Below are positions 1-10,077 of a stretch of 64,000 nt of DNA, piece by piece. Positions within the stretch are counted from its first letter, which is position 1. Each line of letters begins with the position of its first letter. Origin of the DNA: Candidatus Dojkabacteria bacterium (GTDB lineage: Bacteria > Patescibacteriota > Dojkabacteria > SC72). The notes below the pieces were generated by a model that did no database searches, was not told the origin of the DNA, and worked only from the letters and a program-made list of their open reading frames with translations. The translations under genes were made by a program, and so were the position numbers. The stretch lies in assembly GCA_050950165.1 (NCBI GenBank), contig JBMNHC010000001.1:255151-319150 (forward strand), given 5' to 3'.

Positions 1-404
1 TCAAAACTCAATCGTATTCTGTACCTCAAATCCTCTCCTAAATTACTCCTAGCTCGTGTACCACTAAAGTTAAAACCGAAATCACCACCACCAAAGAAAC
101 TGCTAAAGATATCCCCCATATCAAAAGGAGCTTGTCCATATGTACTGTATCCATTAAAACCTCCTCCTCCAGGACTAAATCCTTCTGTACCAGCATGACC
201 ATACTGATCATATGCCCTTCTCTTACTCTCGTCAGAAAGTACCTCATACGCCTCTTGAACCTCTTTAAACTTCTCTTCAGATCCAGCCTCCTTATTCACA
301 TCAGGATGTAATTTCTTAACTAGCTTTCTGTAAGCCTTCTTAATATCTTCTTTTTTAGCATCTTTTGAAATCCCTAGGACTTCATAGTAATCTCTTTTGT
401 TCAT
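1..404 (-). CDS. dnaJ: Molecular chaperone DnaJ, N-terminal part (J domain and Gly/Phe-rich region). The C-terminus lies beyond the window edge.
   Basis: I translated the minus strand from the ATG at 402-404. It gives [37 protein letters not shown]...[26 protein letters not shown], followed by a G/F-rich stretch. This is a textbook J domain with the HPD motif. The reading frame stays open to position 1. Confidence 0.85.
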   Translation of the reverse strand, partial: MNKRDYYEVLGISKDAKKEDIKKAYRKLVKKLHPDVNKEAGSEEKFKEVQEAYEVLSDESKRRAYDQYGHAGTEGFSPGGGGFNGYSTYGQAPFDMGDIFSSFFGGGDFGFNFSGTRARSNLGEDLRYRIRLSF

Positions 405-417
405 AGACGGTATAATT

Positions 418-444
418 CTAGCAAACAATTGGGAAGAGTGCCAA
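418..444 (-). promoter_or_regulatory. CIRCE-like inverted repeat (HrcA operator) upstream of dnaJ
   Basis: Read in the dnaJ orientation it is TTGGCACTC-N9-TTTGCTAG. The CIRCE consensus is TTAGCACTC-N9-GAGTGCTAA. It sits in the 78-nt gap between the dnaJ start and the divergent sortase gene. Confidence 0.5.
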
Positions 445-482
445 CAAATGACATAGAAATATATAGTTGGTAATATAGATAT

Positions 483-1265
483 ATGGATATAAAGACAAAA
501 GATGAAAAGAAAATAAAAAAGATAAAGAGCACAATTGCATGGGTACTCTGCTTCATAGGCTTAATATTAATACTAAGCCAAGTATTTCCACTAAGTAAAT
601 CATATATACAGGGAGAGATAGAAACATTAAAACAGAAACTCTTAAAAGACCCATTCCCTGATCAATACAGACAATATATCTCAAATGAATTTGCATACTA
701 TGACCCAGGTAAAAGCTACTTTGAGAATCTTTTCAATAGTGCAGAGAACTTACAATATCAAGGAGTATTTACATATGACCCTACTAGCAAAAGTAATAAA
801 CAGATTGAAGTAAACAGAGATTACAAAAAGAATATGTTCATATCTATCGAAAAGATTGGGATAGATAATATTAGGATTACTCCAAATGTAGAAAGTTCAG
901 ACGAAAAAGTATACGACCGATATCTTAAATTTGGATTAGCTCACTTCAAAGGAACACCTCTACCTGGTGATGGAGGTAATTCTTTCATTTATGGTCATAG
1001 TGCTGTACAGAGTTTCTTTAACAAACACTCTAATCTACCAGAAACTATTTTTACCAGATTAGAAGGTGTAGATATTGGAGATAGTGTAGTTATAAAAAGA
1101 GATAATATAGATATTAAATATTTAGTTAGAAACAAGAAGATAGTATCTCCAGATGACTTCTCCATCCTAAAAGCACAAGGTGATAAAGAGACGATAACTT
1201 TGATGACATGTTGGCCGTTAGGTGTTGGTACTAAGAGGTTAGTAGTTGTAGCAGAGAAGCTCTAA
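483..1265 (+). CDS. Sortase-family transpeptidase with an N-terminal membrane anchor
   Basis: There is an N-terminal TM helix. The conserved His (FIYGHSA), the catalytic Cys within the TLxTC motif (ITLMTCWP) and a downstream Arg (TKRLVVV) are all present. Confidence 0.8.
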   Translation: MDIKTKDEKKIKKIKSTIAWVLCFIGLILILSQVFPLSKSYIQGEIETLKQKLLKDPFPDQYRQYISNEFAYYDPGKSYFENLFNSAENLQYQGVFTYDPTSKSNKQIEVNRDYKKNMFISIEKIGIDNIRITPNVESSDEKVYDRYLKFGLAHFKGTPLPGDGGNSFIYGHSAVQSFFNKHSNLPETIFTRLEGVDIGDSVVIKRDNIDIKYLVRNKKIVSPDDFSILKAQGDKETITLMTCWPLGVGTKRLVVVAEKL

Positions 1266-1284
1266 TTTTTGTACAATATTCTAA

Positions 1285-2622
1285 ATGGATAGTAAACAGA
1301 AAAAAACAGTAATATTGCTTTTTGCAGTAATAGGGATACTCATTGTATTAATAATAGTTGCAGCACTAATACTGAATAAGAAAAAACAAAATACGCAAGG
1401 AGGTGATACTCCAACCAGTAATGTTGAATTAATATATTGGGGACTGTGGGAACCTGCAGAGGTAATGCAACCTATCATCGATAAATATGAGAGTGAGAAC
1501 CCCGGAGTTAAGATACTTTACTCACAACAAGCATTTAGAAACTATGAAAGCCGTGTATATACCAGATTAGAACAATCTAGTAGCTCGACAGAGCCTGCTC
1601 CCGACATTATAAGAATTAACAATACCTGGTTACCGAAATTTCAGAAATACCTAGAACCACTACCTACATCTATCCTCTCTGCTCAAGAGTATGCAGAAGA
1701 GTTCTACCCTACAGCATTAGACGATTTTACAGGCTCAGATGGAAAGATATATGCTATACCTTGGGAGATAGATGGATTAGCAGTAATATACAACAAACAA
1801 TTACTAACAGAAGCAGGATATACAACACCACCTCAAGACTGGGATTCTTTTGTAGAAGCAGCACAGAAATTAACAAAAAGAGATAGTTCAGGAAGAATTA
1901 CACAGGCAGGATTAGCTATCGGAACATCAGAAAATATCTCACATTCAGCAGATATTCTTGCTTTCCTAATGCTTCAAAACGGAGCTAGTATTATAAATAG
2001 TAGTAGAAACAAAGTAAGTCTTACATCAGAAAGAGCTGTATCAGCACTAAAAACATATTCATCTTTTGCACAGGGAGAGAAACCTCTTTGGGCACCATAT
2101 TTAGCTAGTGACTTAACTACATTTTTTCAAGGTAAATTAGCAATGATGTTTGGTCCAAGCTGGAGGATATTTGATATAGTGCAAGCAGCACCACAAATTG
2201 AATTAGGAGTAGCACCACTACCACAATTACCTAACAATGACCCTGTATATTACGCTATGTACTGGGGAGATACCGTTAGTAAAGCCTCTTCTAACACAGA
2301 ACAGGCATGGAAATTTGTTAACTTCCTAAGTCAGCCAGAACAACAGAAACTACTTTTCTCTAACGCATCTAAGATAAGGGCCTTTGGAGAGCCATACTCT
2401 AGAGTTAGTCTTAATAGTGACTTGCTTGAAAATCCATATACAAATGCAATAGCTGAAATGGCTCCAGCTATGAAATCTTGGCAGATGGGAGATCAATCAT
2501 ATGTTGAAGAATTGATAAGAGGAGCAATAACACAAGTATCTGAAGGAAAAGGAGAACCCAAGAGTGTTTTAGGAAAAGCAGAAGAGGATATAAATAATCA
2601 ACTTGCAGTAACTAATAAATAA
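1285..2622 (+). CDS. Extracellular solute-binding protein (ABC transporter substrate-binding, family 1-like). It is an orphan, with no adjacent permease or ATPase.
   Basis: It has an N-terminal TM anchor followed by LIYWGLWEP...KILYSQQAF...GKIYAIPWEIDGLAVIYNKQLL, typical of sugar-type SBPs. Length is 445 aa. Confidence 0.7.
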   Translation: MDSKQKKTVILLFAVIGILIVLIIVAALILNKKKQNTQGGDTPTSNVELIYWGLWEPAEVMQPIIDKYESENPGVKILYSQQAFRNYESRVYTRLEQSSSSTEPAPDIIRINNTWLPKFQKYLEPLPTSILSAQEYAEEFYPTALDDFTGSDGKIYAIPWEIDGLAVIYNKQLLTEAGYTTPPQDWDSFVEAAQKLTKRDSSGRITQAGLAIGTSENISHSADILAFLMLQNGASIINSSRNKVSLTSERAVSALKTYSSFAQGEKPLWAPYLASDLTTFFQGKLAMMFGPSWRIFDIVQAAPQIELGVAPLPQLPNNDPVYYAMYWGDTVSKASSNTEQAWKFVNFLSQPEQQKLLFSNASKIRAFGEPYSRVSLNSDLLENPYTNAIAEMAPAMKSWQMGDQSYVEELIRGAITQVSEGKGEPKSVLGKAEEDINNQLAVTNK

Positions 2623-2639
2623 CCCTTATTATATACCTA

Positions 2640-4442
2640 ATGAATAACAGAAATGCCCCAAGTAAAAGTAAGAGAAAAAGTATTTTCCTAACCTTTCTTC
2701 TACTACTTTCTATTCCCATTTTTGTATACGGATTAATACAAGATAGCAACTTTGATATCAGAAACAGAGCCTTTGAAGAAATAGAGGTTAGTGAACGAAA
2801 CCCATGTGTAATCTCATTCCCCAATGTCAATCCATACTCTTTGGAAATAGATAAAACATTTAGAATACAAGTAGATGCTCTCTCTGTGACCTTAGGCATA
2901 CAAGCTATCTCCATTAAAGATGCAAATGGAGAAGAATATTTAACAAAAACATATGAAGATATGCCTAAAACCATCTCTGAGTCATTCTCTTTCACCCCTA
3001 GAGTAGCTAGAGAGTATAGTATTGAGGGAATAATGGTAGATATGAATAAAAAGAGCTACGAATGCGTAATTAGTAGCCCTTACGATATAGATGGAGTAAG
3101 AGCCATTAGTACTAACTCTAAGCCTGTATTTACAACACAGCCAAAAGATTCTAAACCATCACAGAGTATAAAGACAGGAGATATATACGAATATACATTA
3201 ATAGCTGAAGATATAGATAAAGATACAATTAACTACTCTTTCTCTTTTACAAAAGGTGCTAACTGGCTAAAACCTACAGTCATAGAAGATGGTGGTGGAG
3301 GAAAACTAACTATCAAATTTAAAGGCTCCTCTCAAGAACCAGCCAGCTATCTAGCAAACATATTCATACACGATGGATACAGTGACCATCTCTCATCTCA
3401 ATCATGGGTAATCTCTGTAAGTCCATTAGAAAACGATAATCCTAAAGTTAAAATAACATCACCAATACATAGAACAACAATCATTACCGAACCCCTCTTA
3501 AATATTAGTTGGGATGCATCTGATGACAATCAGATTATCAAATATGAGGTATACGCTTCACAAAACCCTACAAATGAAAAAAGCTGGATTACTTTAAGCA
3601 ACAATATCCCCTACAACACTACCTCCTACCAACTAAACACAAAATTACTTAAAGATGGAACATACAGAATAATTGTTAAAGCAATTGATAATCAGAAACC
3701 AGAAGGAGTAGGTATGGATATATCTCAAGAGATAGTAATTGCAAAAGGACAAAAAGATGGAAAACTTCCTGATGACTTTGTCACTTTAGATAAGCCTCAA
3801 GTAGTTAATTTCTCTCCAACAAGTTCAGATACTGTTGAGAACAGAAAGCCTACAATAAAGGCCTCGTTAATAGCATCTGCAGGGGAAAGAATAATTCCAG
3901 AAAGTATTAAAGTCCTTCTAGATAACCAAGAAATTACTAAAGAGATTAAAATAAATCAGATATCTGACTCTGAATATACTGTAATATATCTACCTACAGA
4001 AAACATTACAAAAGGTGTTCATAAAGTAGAGATAAAATTTAGTGACTCATCAAACGAAGAGATAGAGAAATCATGGACATTTACAATCGGTTCAAAAGAA
4101 GATACAGAGAATTACAATATCTTTGGATATCTCATTAATAAGAGAGTAGCTTTAATAGTAGCTGGAGGAATAGCTCTAGTAGTATTAGCCATATTTGTTC
4201 CAATAATAATATTTGCTGTTTGGAAAGACGATTCAGAAAGAAAAGAGAGTAGAAAACCTACACTACCACCATCAATTCCGAAAGACAACATAGTAGTACC
4301 AGCATATACCAAACCTCCTGATGATGAGATAGAAGTATTAGTTTCTGCACCACAACCAACCGAAGAGAAGATTCCAGAACCAGATACAGACCTTAATATC
4401 CTTCTAGAACAGATTGAAGATAGTAAGGAGGAAAGAAAGTAA
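2640..4442 (+). CDS. Large surface protein with an N-terminal signal/anchor, Ig-like (cadherin-like) and FN3-like domains, a C-terminal TM helix and a Pro/Glu-rich cytoplasmic tail
   Basis: It has a hydrophobic N-terminus and internal beta-rich repeats (PVFTTQPKD...YEYTLIAEDIDKDTINYSF; NISWDASDD...YEVYASQ). A C-terminal TM (VALIVAGGIALVVLAIFVPIIIFAVW) is followed by a roughly 100-aa charged tail. No LPXTG motif is present. Confidence 0.6.
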   Translation: MNNRNAPSKSKRKSIFLTFLLLLSIPIFVYGLIQDSNFDIRNRAFEEIEVSERNPCVISFPNVNPYSLEIDKTFRIQVDALSVTLGIQAISIKDANGEEYLTKTYEDMPKTISESFSFTPRVAREYSIEGIMVDMNKKSYECVISSPYDIDGVRAISTNSKPVFTTQPKDSKPSQSIKTGDIYEYTLIAEDIDKDTINYSFSFTKGANWLKPTVIEDGGGGKLTIKFKGSSQEPASYLANIFIHDGYSDHLSSQSWVISVSPLENDNPKVKITSPIHRTTIITEPLLNISWDASDDNQIIKYEVYASQNPTNEKSWITLSNNIPYNTTSYQLNTKLLKDGTYRIIVKAIDNQKPEGVGMDISQEIVIAKGQKDGKLPDDFVTLDKPQVVNFSPTSSDTVENRKPTIKASLIASAGERIIPESIKVLLDNQEITKEIKINQISDSEYTVIYLPTENITKGVHKVEIKFSDSSNEEIEKSWTFTIGSKEDTENYNIFGYLINKRVALIVAGGIALVVLAIFVPIIIFAVWKDDSERKESRKPTLPPSIPKDNIVVPAYTKPPDDEIEVLVSAPQPTEEKIPEPDTDLNILLEQIEDSKEERK

Positions 4443-4486
4443 AAATATTCTCGAATATACAGACTCCTTTTGATATAATCATATCT

Positions 4487-6223
4487 ATGCAAGACCTCTC
4501 ATACGAAAATATTAGATCTAAATACCTAGATTTCTTTCTAAGCAAAGAGCATAAATTAATACCTAGTGCCCCTCTAGTTCCAGAAGATGACCCCTCTGTT
4601 CTCTTTGTTAATGCAGGTATGTTTCCTCTAGTTCCTTTCCTTAAAGGAGAAGTACACCCATTAGGTAAAAGATTAGTAAACTCTCAAAGATGTATTAGAA
4701 CAGGAGATATAGATCAGGTTGGTAACGAATTCCATGTAACATCATTTGAAATGTTAGGCAACTGGTCATTAAATGATTACTTCAAGAAAGAAGCAATTGA
4801 GATGACAGTAGAGTTTTTTGTTGAAGTTTTAGGATTAGATATTAACAGGATATATGCAACAGTATTTGAAGGAGAAGGAGATATACCACAAGATACTACC
4901 TCAATAGAGATATGGAAAGAGATTTACTCTAAGTACAATATAGATTCAACTGACAGGATAAGAACACTAGGTAAAGAAGACAACTGGTGGGGACTAACAA
5001 CAGGAGGACCTTGTGGACCAGACAGTGAGATCTTTTACAAAACAGATAACGGACAACTAGTAGAGATAGGAAACAATGTCTTCATGGAATACCTTTTAGA
5101 AGATGGAGAATACAAACCTCTTGGCAGACACAATGTAGATTTTGGAGGAGGGTTGGATAGGATTGCAAGTGTATGTCAAAACAAAGACTCAGTATACGAA
5201 ACAGATATATACCTACCCATCTTTAACAAAGTAAAAGAACTCTCTAAATTAGAAAACATTAAATCTCAAAGAATAATTACAGACCATATTAAAGCTGCAA
5301 CATGGATAATAATGGATGGTGTAATACCATCTAACTCTCAACAAGGATATATCCTAAGAAGACTAATACGAAGAGCAGTAAGACATGGTAGGAAATTAGA
5401 GATAGGAGAACTTTTTACAAAAGAGATCGCTAAAGTTGCAATTAATCAATTTAAAAACATATGGCCTCAACTACTTGAAAAAGAAGAATATATCTTAAAT
5501 ACATTAGAAGAGGAAGAAGTAAAGTTTAATAAAACATTAGAAGCGGGATTAAGAGAATTAGAAAGGATAATTAATAAAGATACAGGTATTGATGGAAAAG
5601 GAGCTTTTAAACTCTACGAAACATACGGATTACCACTAGAAGTAACCGAAGAGATACTTAAAGAGAGAGGATCTGAGATAAAGGAGAGAGAATCTTTCTA
5701 TGAAGAAGAGAAGAAACATCAAGAACAGTCTAGAACTGCATCTGCAGGTATGTTCAAAGGTGGCTTAGCAGAACAATCAGAGATGACTACTAAATATCAC
5801 ACTACTACACACCTACTCTTAGCTGCTCTTAGAAAGGTATTAGGAAGCCATGTATACCAAAAGGGAAGTAATATCACATCTGAAAGACTCAGATTAGACT
5901 TTCCTAATAATGAGAAACTTACAGATCAACAAATTAAAGAAGTAGAAGATTTAGTAAACAAAGCAATAGATAGCGACCTAGAAGTCTCATTTAAGGAGTA
6001 TCCATTGGAAGAAGCACTGAAGCTAGTTCCTTTTGCTGCCTTTGAGGATAGATATGGAGAGGGTGTAAAGATATATACTGTAGGAGATTCTACTAACCCA
6101 TTCTCCATAGAGATATGTAACGGACCACATGTAAAACGAACAGGTAATTTAGGAAGGTTTAAAATATTAAAACAGGAAAATATAGGGTCGGGTATTAAAA
6201 GAATAAAAGCTATACTTGAATAA
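4487..6223 (+). CDS. alaS: Alanine--tRNA ligase, short form. It has the catalytic and editing domains but no C-terminal C-Ala domain.
   Basis: The N-terminus (FLSKEHKLIPSAPLVPEDDPSVLFVNAGM...SQRCIRTGDID...FEMLGNWS) matches the AlaRS class II core. The editing-domain HxxxH (HTTTHLL) and the CNGPHV motif are present. It is 578 aa against the usual 870 or so. Confidence 0.9.
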   Translation: MQDLSYENIRSKYLDFFLSKEHKLIPSAPLVPEDDPSVLFVNAGMFPLVPFLKGEVHPLGKRLVNSQRCIRTGDIDQVGNEFHVTSFEMLGNWSLNDYFKKEAIEMTVEFFVEVLGLDINRIYATVFEGEGDIPQDTTSIEIWKEIYSKYNIDSTDRIRTLGKEDNWWGLTTGGPCGPDSEIFYKTDNGQLVEIGNNVFMEYLLEDGEYKPLGRHNVDFGGGLDRIASVCQNKDSVYETDIYLPIFNKVKELSKLENIKSQRIITDHIKAATWIIMDGVIPSNSQQGYILRRLIRRAVRHGRKLEIGELFTKEIAKVAINQFKNIWPQLLEKEEYILNTLEEEEVKFNKTLEAGLRELERIINKDTGIDGKGAFKLYETYGLPLEVTEEILKERGSEIKERESFYEEEKKHQEQSRTASAGMFKGGLAEQSEMTTKYHTTTHLLLAALRKVLGSHVYQKGSNITSERLRLDFPNNEKLTDQQIKEVEDLVNKAIDSDLEVSFKEYPLEEALKLVPFAAFEDRYGEGVKIYTVGDSTNPFSIEICNGPHVKRTGNLGRFKILKQENIGSGIKRIKAILE

Positions 6224-6225
6224 AT

Positions 6226-6678
6226 ATGCAAACAGAAAAACCCATACTAGCCATCGACTATGGTGACAAAAGAATTGGACTCGCCATCTCAGATTCTAAA
6301 GGAATCTTAGCTACACCACTGGATGTATTGGAGATAACAAAAAGGAGAGGAATAGATGAAATACTTCAAGACATACTTAATATTGCCAATGAGTATAGAG
6401 TAAAGACAATCTTACTTGGTAAACCTCAACAGTTTGATATAAAAGAGAGTAAATCTATTAAAAAAATAGAAACCTTTAAAAAGAGTCTCTCTAAGCTAAC
6501 TAACCTTCCAATCATCTACTACGACGAATCATATTCTACAATTGAGGCTCAAAATATGCTACTATCGCTAGGACAGCATATCAAATCTTCTAAAGGTAAG
6601 ATAGATAAAATAGCTGCTACCCTGTTCCTACAGGAATTTTTAAACTCTGAAACCCAAAAATATGAAAACCATAATTAA
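6226..6678 (+). CDS. ruvX: Putative pre-16S rRNA nuclease / Holliday junction resolvase-like protein YqgF (RuvX)
   Basis: It begins ILAIDYGDKRIGLAISD (RNase H-like YqgF motif). Its position immediately after alaS is the conserved arrangement. Confidence 0.85.
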   Translation: MQTEKPILAIDYGDKRIGLAISDSKGILATPLDVLEITKRRGIDEILQDILNIANEYRVKTILLGKPQQFDIKESKSIKKIETFKKSLSKLTNLPIIYYDESYSTIEAQNMLLSLGQHIKSSKGKIDKIAATLFLQEFLNSETQKYENHN

Positions 6679-7660
6679 AATATTTCTCTTAGCCTTAGTA
6701 ACTGTCATCTTAGGAATTTTTCTAATTAAGAAGAACTACAACAGTACCATAGAGGCTCCAAATAGTGATAGTACTGAGAAAGTGACATTTGAGATAGAGC
6801 AAGGAGCCACACTTTCCACCATCATAGATAATCTAGTCAAAGAAGGGATACTAAAAGAAGGCTGGGCAAAATATTTTGAAATATATATGAAATTAAATAA
6901 ATTAGTACCTAAGATTCAAGCTGGAATATATCAAATTCCTAAGAACCTAAACATTAAAGAAATTGCTTCTGTAATTCAATCCTCAAAAGAACAAGCTGTA
7001 TGGGTGACAATTCCAGAGGGACTAAGAAAAGATGAGATAGCCAATATTGTTGGAGAAGAGTTTAAGAAGGCAGATAATATCGAATACTCAGCAGAAGAAT
7101 TCCTGAGTCTAACAACAGACCCTACCTTCATCGCTACCCTAGAACTACCATATACACTAGTAGATTTAGAAGGCCTTCTCTTTCCAGATAAATATTCCTT
7201 CTCTATAAAATCAGATGCTAAGAGTGTCGTTGAGACAATGATTAAGAATTTCAAAAGCAAGGTAGGACTCACAGATACATACGAAGATATCATTGTAGCT
7301 AGTATGGTAGAAAGAGAAGGACGTACATCAGAAGACAGACCGATGATAGCAGATGTCATAATGAGAAGATATGCAGAAGATTGGAAGTTAGAAATAGATG
7401 CTACACTCCTCTATCCTAAAAAAGATTGGAAAGCTACCATTACCAAGGCAGATAAAGCCTCTGATAATCCATACAATACATATAAATATAGAGGATATCC
7501 TCCTACACCAATATGTAATCCAGGGTTAGTCTCAATAAATGCAGTTAGAAATCCTAAATCTAATCCATACTACTTCTACATCCATGACAAAGAGGGTAAT
7601 GTCCATTTTGCAAAAACAAATACTGAACATAACAGTAATGTACAGAAATATCTTAGATAA
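6662..7660 (+). CDS. mltG: Endolytic murein transglycosylase MltG (YceG family)
   Basis: It has an N-terminal TM and the YceG core (IPEGLRKDEIANIV...ASMVEREG...YNTYKYRGYPPTPICNPG). It completes the conserved alaS-ruvX-mltG order. Confidence 0.85.
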   Translation: MKTIIKIFLLALVTVILGIFLIKKNYNSTIEAPNSDSTEKVTFEIEQGATLSTIIDNLVKEGILKEGWAKYFEIYMKLNKLVPKIQAGIYQIPKNLNIKEIASVIQSSKEQAVWVTIPEGLRKDEIANIVGEEFKKADNIEYSAEEFLSLTTDPTFIATLELPYTLVDLEGLLFPDKYSFSIKSDAKSVVETMIKNFKSKVGLTDTYEDIIVASMVEREGRTSEDRPMIADVIMRRYAEDWKLEIDATLLYPKKDWKATITKADKASDNPYNTYKYRGYPPTPICNPGLVSINAVRNPKSNPYYFYIHDKEGNVHFAKTNTEHNSNVQKYLR

Positions 7661-7679
7661 TATAAACCTTTAACTGCCA

Positions 7680-9068
7680 ATGGAAGTCTCAATAGATATG
7701 AATGACAAAGAACTTAATAAAGTTTCTAAAACAAACGGTACTAAGAGAAAGATTAAGGTACTTCCAATTTTAATAGCAATAATCTTAATTGCTGTAATCT
7801 CTACAGGAGCATACATGCTCTACAAGGGGTATAAAGTCTCTAAGGAGATAGGATTTCAAATATCACCAGGTTCAATACTACAACCAAAGCCAGACCCAGA
7901 ACTTAAAAAAGATAGCACTGGACAATATACAAATGCCCTCCTTATAGGAATAGACACAAGAGAAAAAGGGAATTTAATGAATACAGATACCATAATGATT
8001 GTATCCTACAACCATAAAACAAATGATGTTGTAATGATATCCATACCTAGAGATTTTAATGTTCAAATCGAAGAGAGAAGAGTTTGGTTTAACAAGATTA
8101 ACTCTGTATACGCAGTACATGAGAGAAGAAACAAAGGATCTGGTTTAGAAGCACTTAAACATGTAGTAGAAGATATGACAGGAATTGAGATACAGTATCA
8201 TGCAATGATTGACTTTAGAGGCTTTATAGATCTAATAGATGCTGTAGGAGGAGTATATGTAAATGTTGAGAACTCATTTACTGACTACAAATATCCAAAA
8301 AATAAAGGATATGAAACTGTTAAATTTGTAGCTGGTCCACAATTAATGGATGGAGAAACAGCTCTAAAGTATTCAAGATCCAGACACTCTCAACAAAACT
8401 ATGAAGGCTCAGACTATGCAAGAGCAAGAAGACAACAGAAAGTAATATTGGCATTCAAAGACATCTTACTAAGTTCAGAGACCTTACTAAACCCTAAAAA
8501 AATTACAGACCTAATGAGTACAGTACAGAACAACTTAAAAGTCTCAGAGTTTGATCTAAACGATATACAAGCTGGTATAAATATATTTAAAAAATTCTCT
8601 GATACCCAAGACCATTCCTACTCTTTCGTACTAGATCCAGCAGCAGGAAACTTTGCAATAATTACTACCGATGTATATGAAATAATGCCTAAAGAAGGAT
8701 TAGGAAAATATACCAAAATACAAGAGTATGTATCTCTTCTACTCCAAAACCCTAAGCTATACTCCACAAACCCTTCAATAAATGTTTACAACATAGGTTT
8801 AGGCTACCAAAATACTTACAAACAAGTACAAGAGTTAAGAACTCAATTTAAATACTTAAATATTAAATACCGAGGCAATCTTTACAGTGACAAAGAAGGT
8901 ACATATATCTTTGCAAAAGACGAAAGTTTTAACTTCGCCATAGACCAGCTATCCAAAAATATTACAGACATTAAAAAAGAGAAACCAGAATACATTACAA
9001 CAAACCTTAAAGGAGAAGACATCTCCATACTCTTTGGAAAAGAAGTAATATTAGAAACCCAACAGTAA
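7680..9068 (+). CDS. LytR-CpsA-Psr (LCP) family cell-wall polymer ligase
   Basis: An N-terminal TM is followed by the LCP motif block LLIGIDTREKG...DTIMIVSYN...ISIPRDFNVQI...KINSVYA...IDFRGFIDLIDAVGGVYVNV. Confidence 0.85.
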   Translation: MEVSIDMNDKELNKVSKTNGTKRKIKVLPILIAIILIAVISTGAYMLYKGYKVSKEIGFQISPGSILQPKPDPELKKDSTGQYTNALLIGIDTREKGNLMNTDTIMIVSYNHKTNDVVMISIPRDFNVQIEERRVWFNKINSVYAVHERRNKGSGLEALKHVVEDMTGIEIQYHAMIDFRGFIDLIDAVGGVYVNVENSFTDYKYPKNKGYETVKFVAGPQLMDGETALKYSRSRHSQQNYEGSDYARARRQQKVILAFKDILLSSETLLNPKKITDLMSTVQNNLKVSEFDLNDIQAGINIFKKFSDTQDHSYSFVLDPAAGNFAIITTDVYEIMPKEGLGKYTKIQEYVSLLLQNPKLYSTNPSINVYNIGLGYQNTYKQVQELRTQFKYLNIKYRGNLYSDKEGTYIFAKDESFNFAIDQLSKNITDIKKEKPEYITTNLKGEDISILFGKEVILETQQ

Positions 9069-9072
9069 AAAT

Positions 9073-9996
9073 ATGTATAAACTGTATATAGGTAATGACA
9101 CATACATATCACTTACTAAAGCAAAAAGTTTTGTTAACCAGCTTAAAAAAGAAAACTCCTTAGAGAGTATTACAATAGATGTAGAGAAAATAAATGCTTC
9201 TGATTTAATAGATAACCTAAGCTCTAACTCTCTCTTTTCAGACTCACGAATATTCTTTTTAAAAAGAGTATACAGAAATAAAGAGAAAGACATCATTATA
9301 GAGTTCTTACTAAACTACCTACAGAATGAAAATGGAAACCATATTGTAATATGGGAAGATCAGAAAGTAAGTTCTGTGACAAAATATGTAAAATTTTTTA
9401 AAACAAACAACCTACTTGAAGAAAACAGTAAACTTAACAAAAGAACCTTTCAGTCATGGGGTAGAAAAGAAGCAGAAGAGTTAGAGATAAATATCTCTAA
9501 TGAAGCAATATTACTTCTTTCACAATATTCTAACTACGACACAGAGAGATTTATAAATAGTCTTAAAAAATTAAAACTCTTAAACAAAGAAAAAATTGAA
9601 GTAGAAGATATTAGAGATTTCTCTACAAATACTTTGGAAGATAGTATATGGGAATTCCTTGATGAGATAAATAATAATGGAAAACCCTTAACGGTACTCA
9701 ATCGATTACTCAATCAAGGAGTAGACCCACACTTTATCATCTCTATGATTTCAAGAAATATTAGGTTAATAGCTTTAACTAAACATTTAATAGAGAAGAG
9801 AACACCATACTCTCAGATGGCAAGTATTCTTAAGATTCCCCCATTCCTTTTAAAATCCCTTATCGATAGTAGTAATAGGTATTCTATAGATAGAATTAAA
9901 AAGATATATGAAAAACTAGCTAGTTTAGACTATGAAATAAAAAGTGGAAAACTTGAACCTAACTTAGGACTCACTCTACTATCCACCATTTTATAG
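9073..9996 (+). CDS. holA: Putative DNA polymerase III delta subunit
   Basis: Length is 307 aa. The N-terminal delta-like block reads LFSDSRIFFLKRV...IVIWEDQKV. holA-rpsT neighbourhoods are common. The sequence match is weak. Confidence 0.5.
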   Translation: MYKLYIGNDTYISLTKAKSFVNQLKKENSLESITIDVEKINASDLIDNLSSNSLFSDSRIFFLKRVYRNKEKDIIIEFLLNYLQNENGNHIVIWEDQKVSSVTKYVKFFKTNNLLEENSKLNKRTFQSWGRKEAEELEINISNEAILLLSQYSNYDTERFINSLKKLKLLNKEKIEVEDIRDFSTNTLEDSIWEFLDEINNNGKPLTVLNRLLNQGVDPHFIISMISRNIRLIALTKHLIEKRTPYSQMASILKIPPFLLKSLIDSSNRYSIDRIKKIYEKLASLDYEIKSGKLEPNLGLTLLSTIL

Positions 9997-10006
9997 TATA
10001 GAATAA

Positions 10007-10036
10007 TTGACATTGATACAGCTAATCTCATAAACT
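10007..10036 (+). promoter_or_regulatory. Sigma70-like promoter candidate for the 10078 surface protein gene
   Basis: TTGACA-N18-TAAACT, located 40 nt upstream of the start codon. Confidence 0.4.
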
Positions 10037-10077
10037 CTATTGTAAGGAAATCTTTATCTACTTAAGACTGCCTTTAG

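Noticed and set aside
38-247. Plus-strand-opposite and overlapping small ORFs from the six-frame track. Examples: 38..247, 1281..1478, 2612..2995, 4112..4492, 5926..6231, 6976..7359, 10548..11528, 14207..15067, 23976..24194, 37896..38906, 45117..47703 inside rpoC, 49887..50984 inside rpoB, and 63459..63804.
   Set aside because: Each is embedded antisense or out of frame within a gene that has strong motif-level support on the other strand or frame. None has a recognisable domain.
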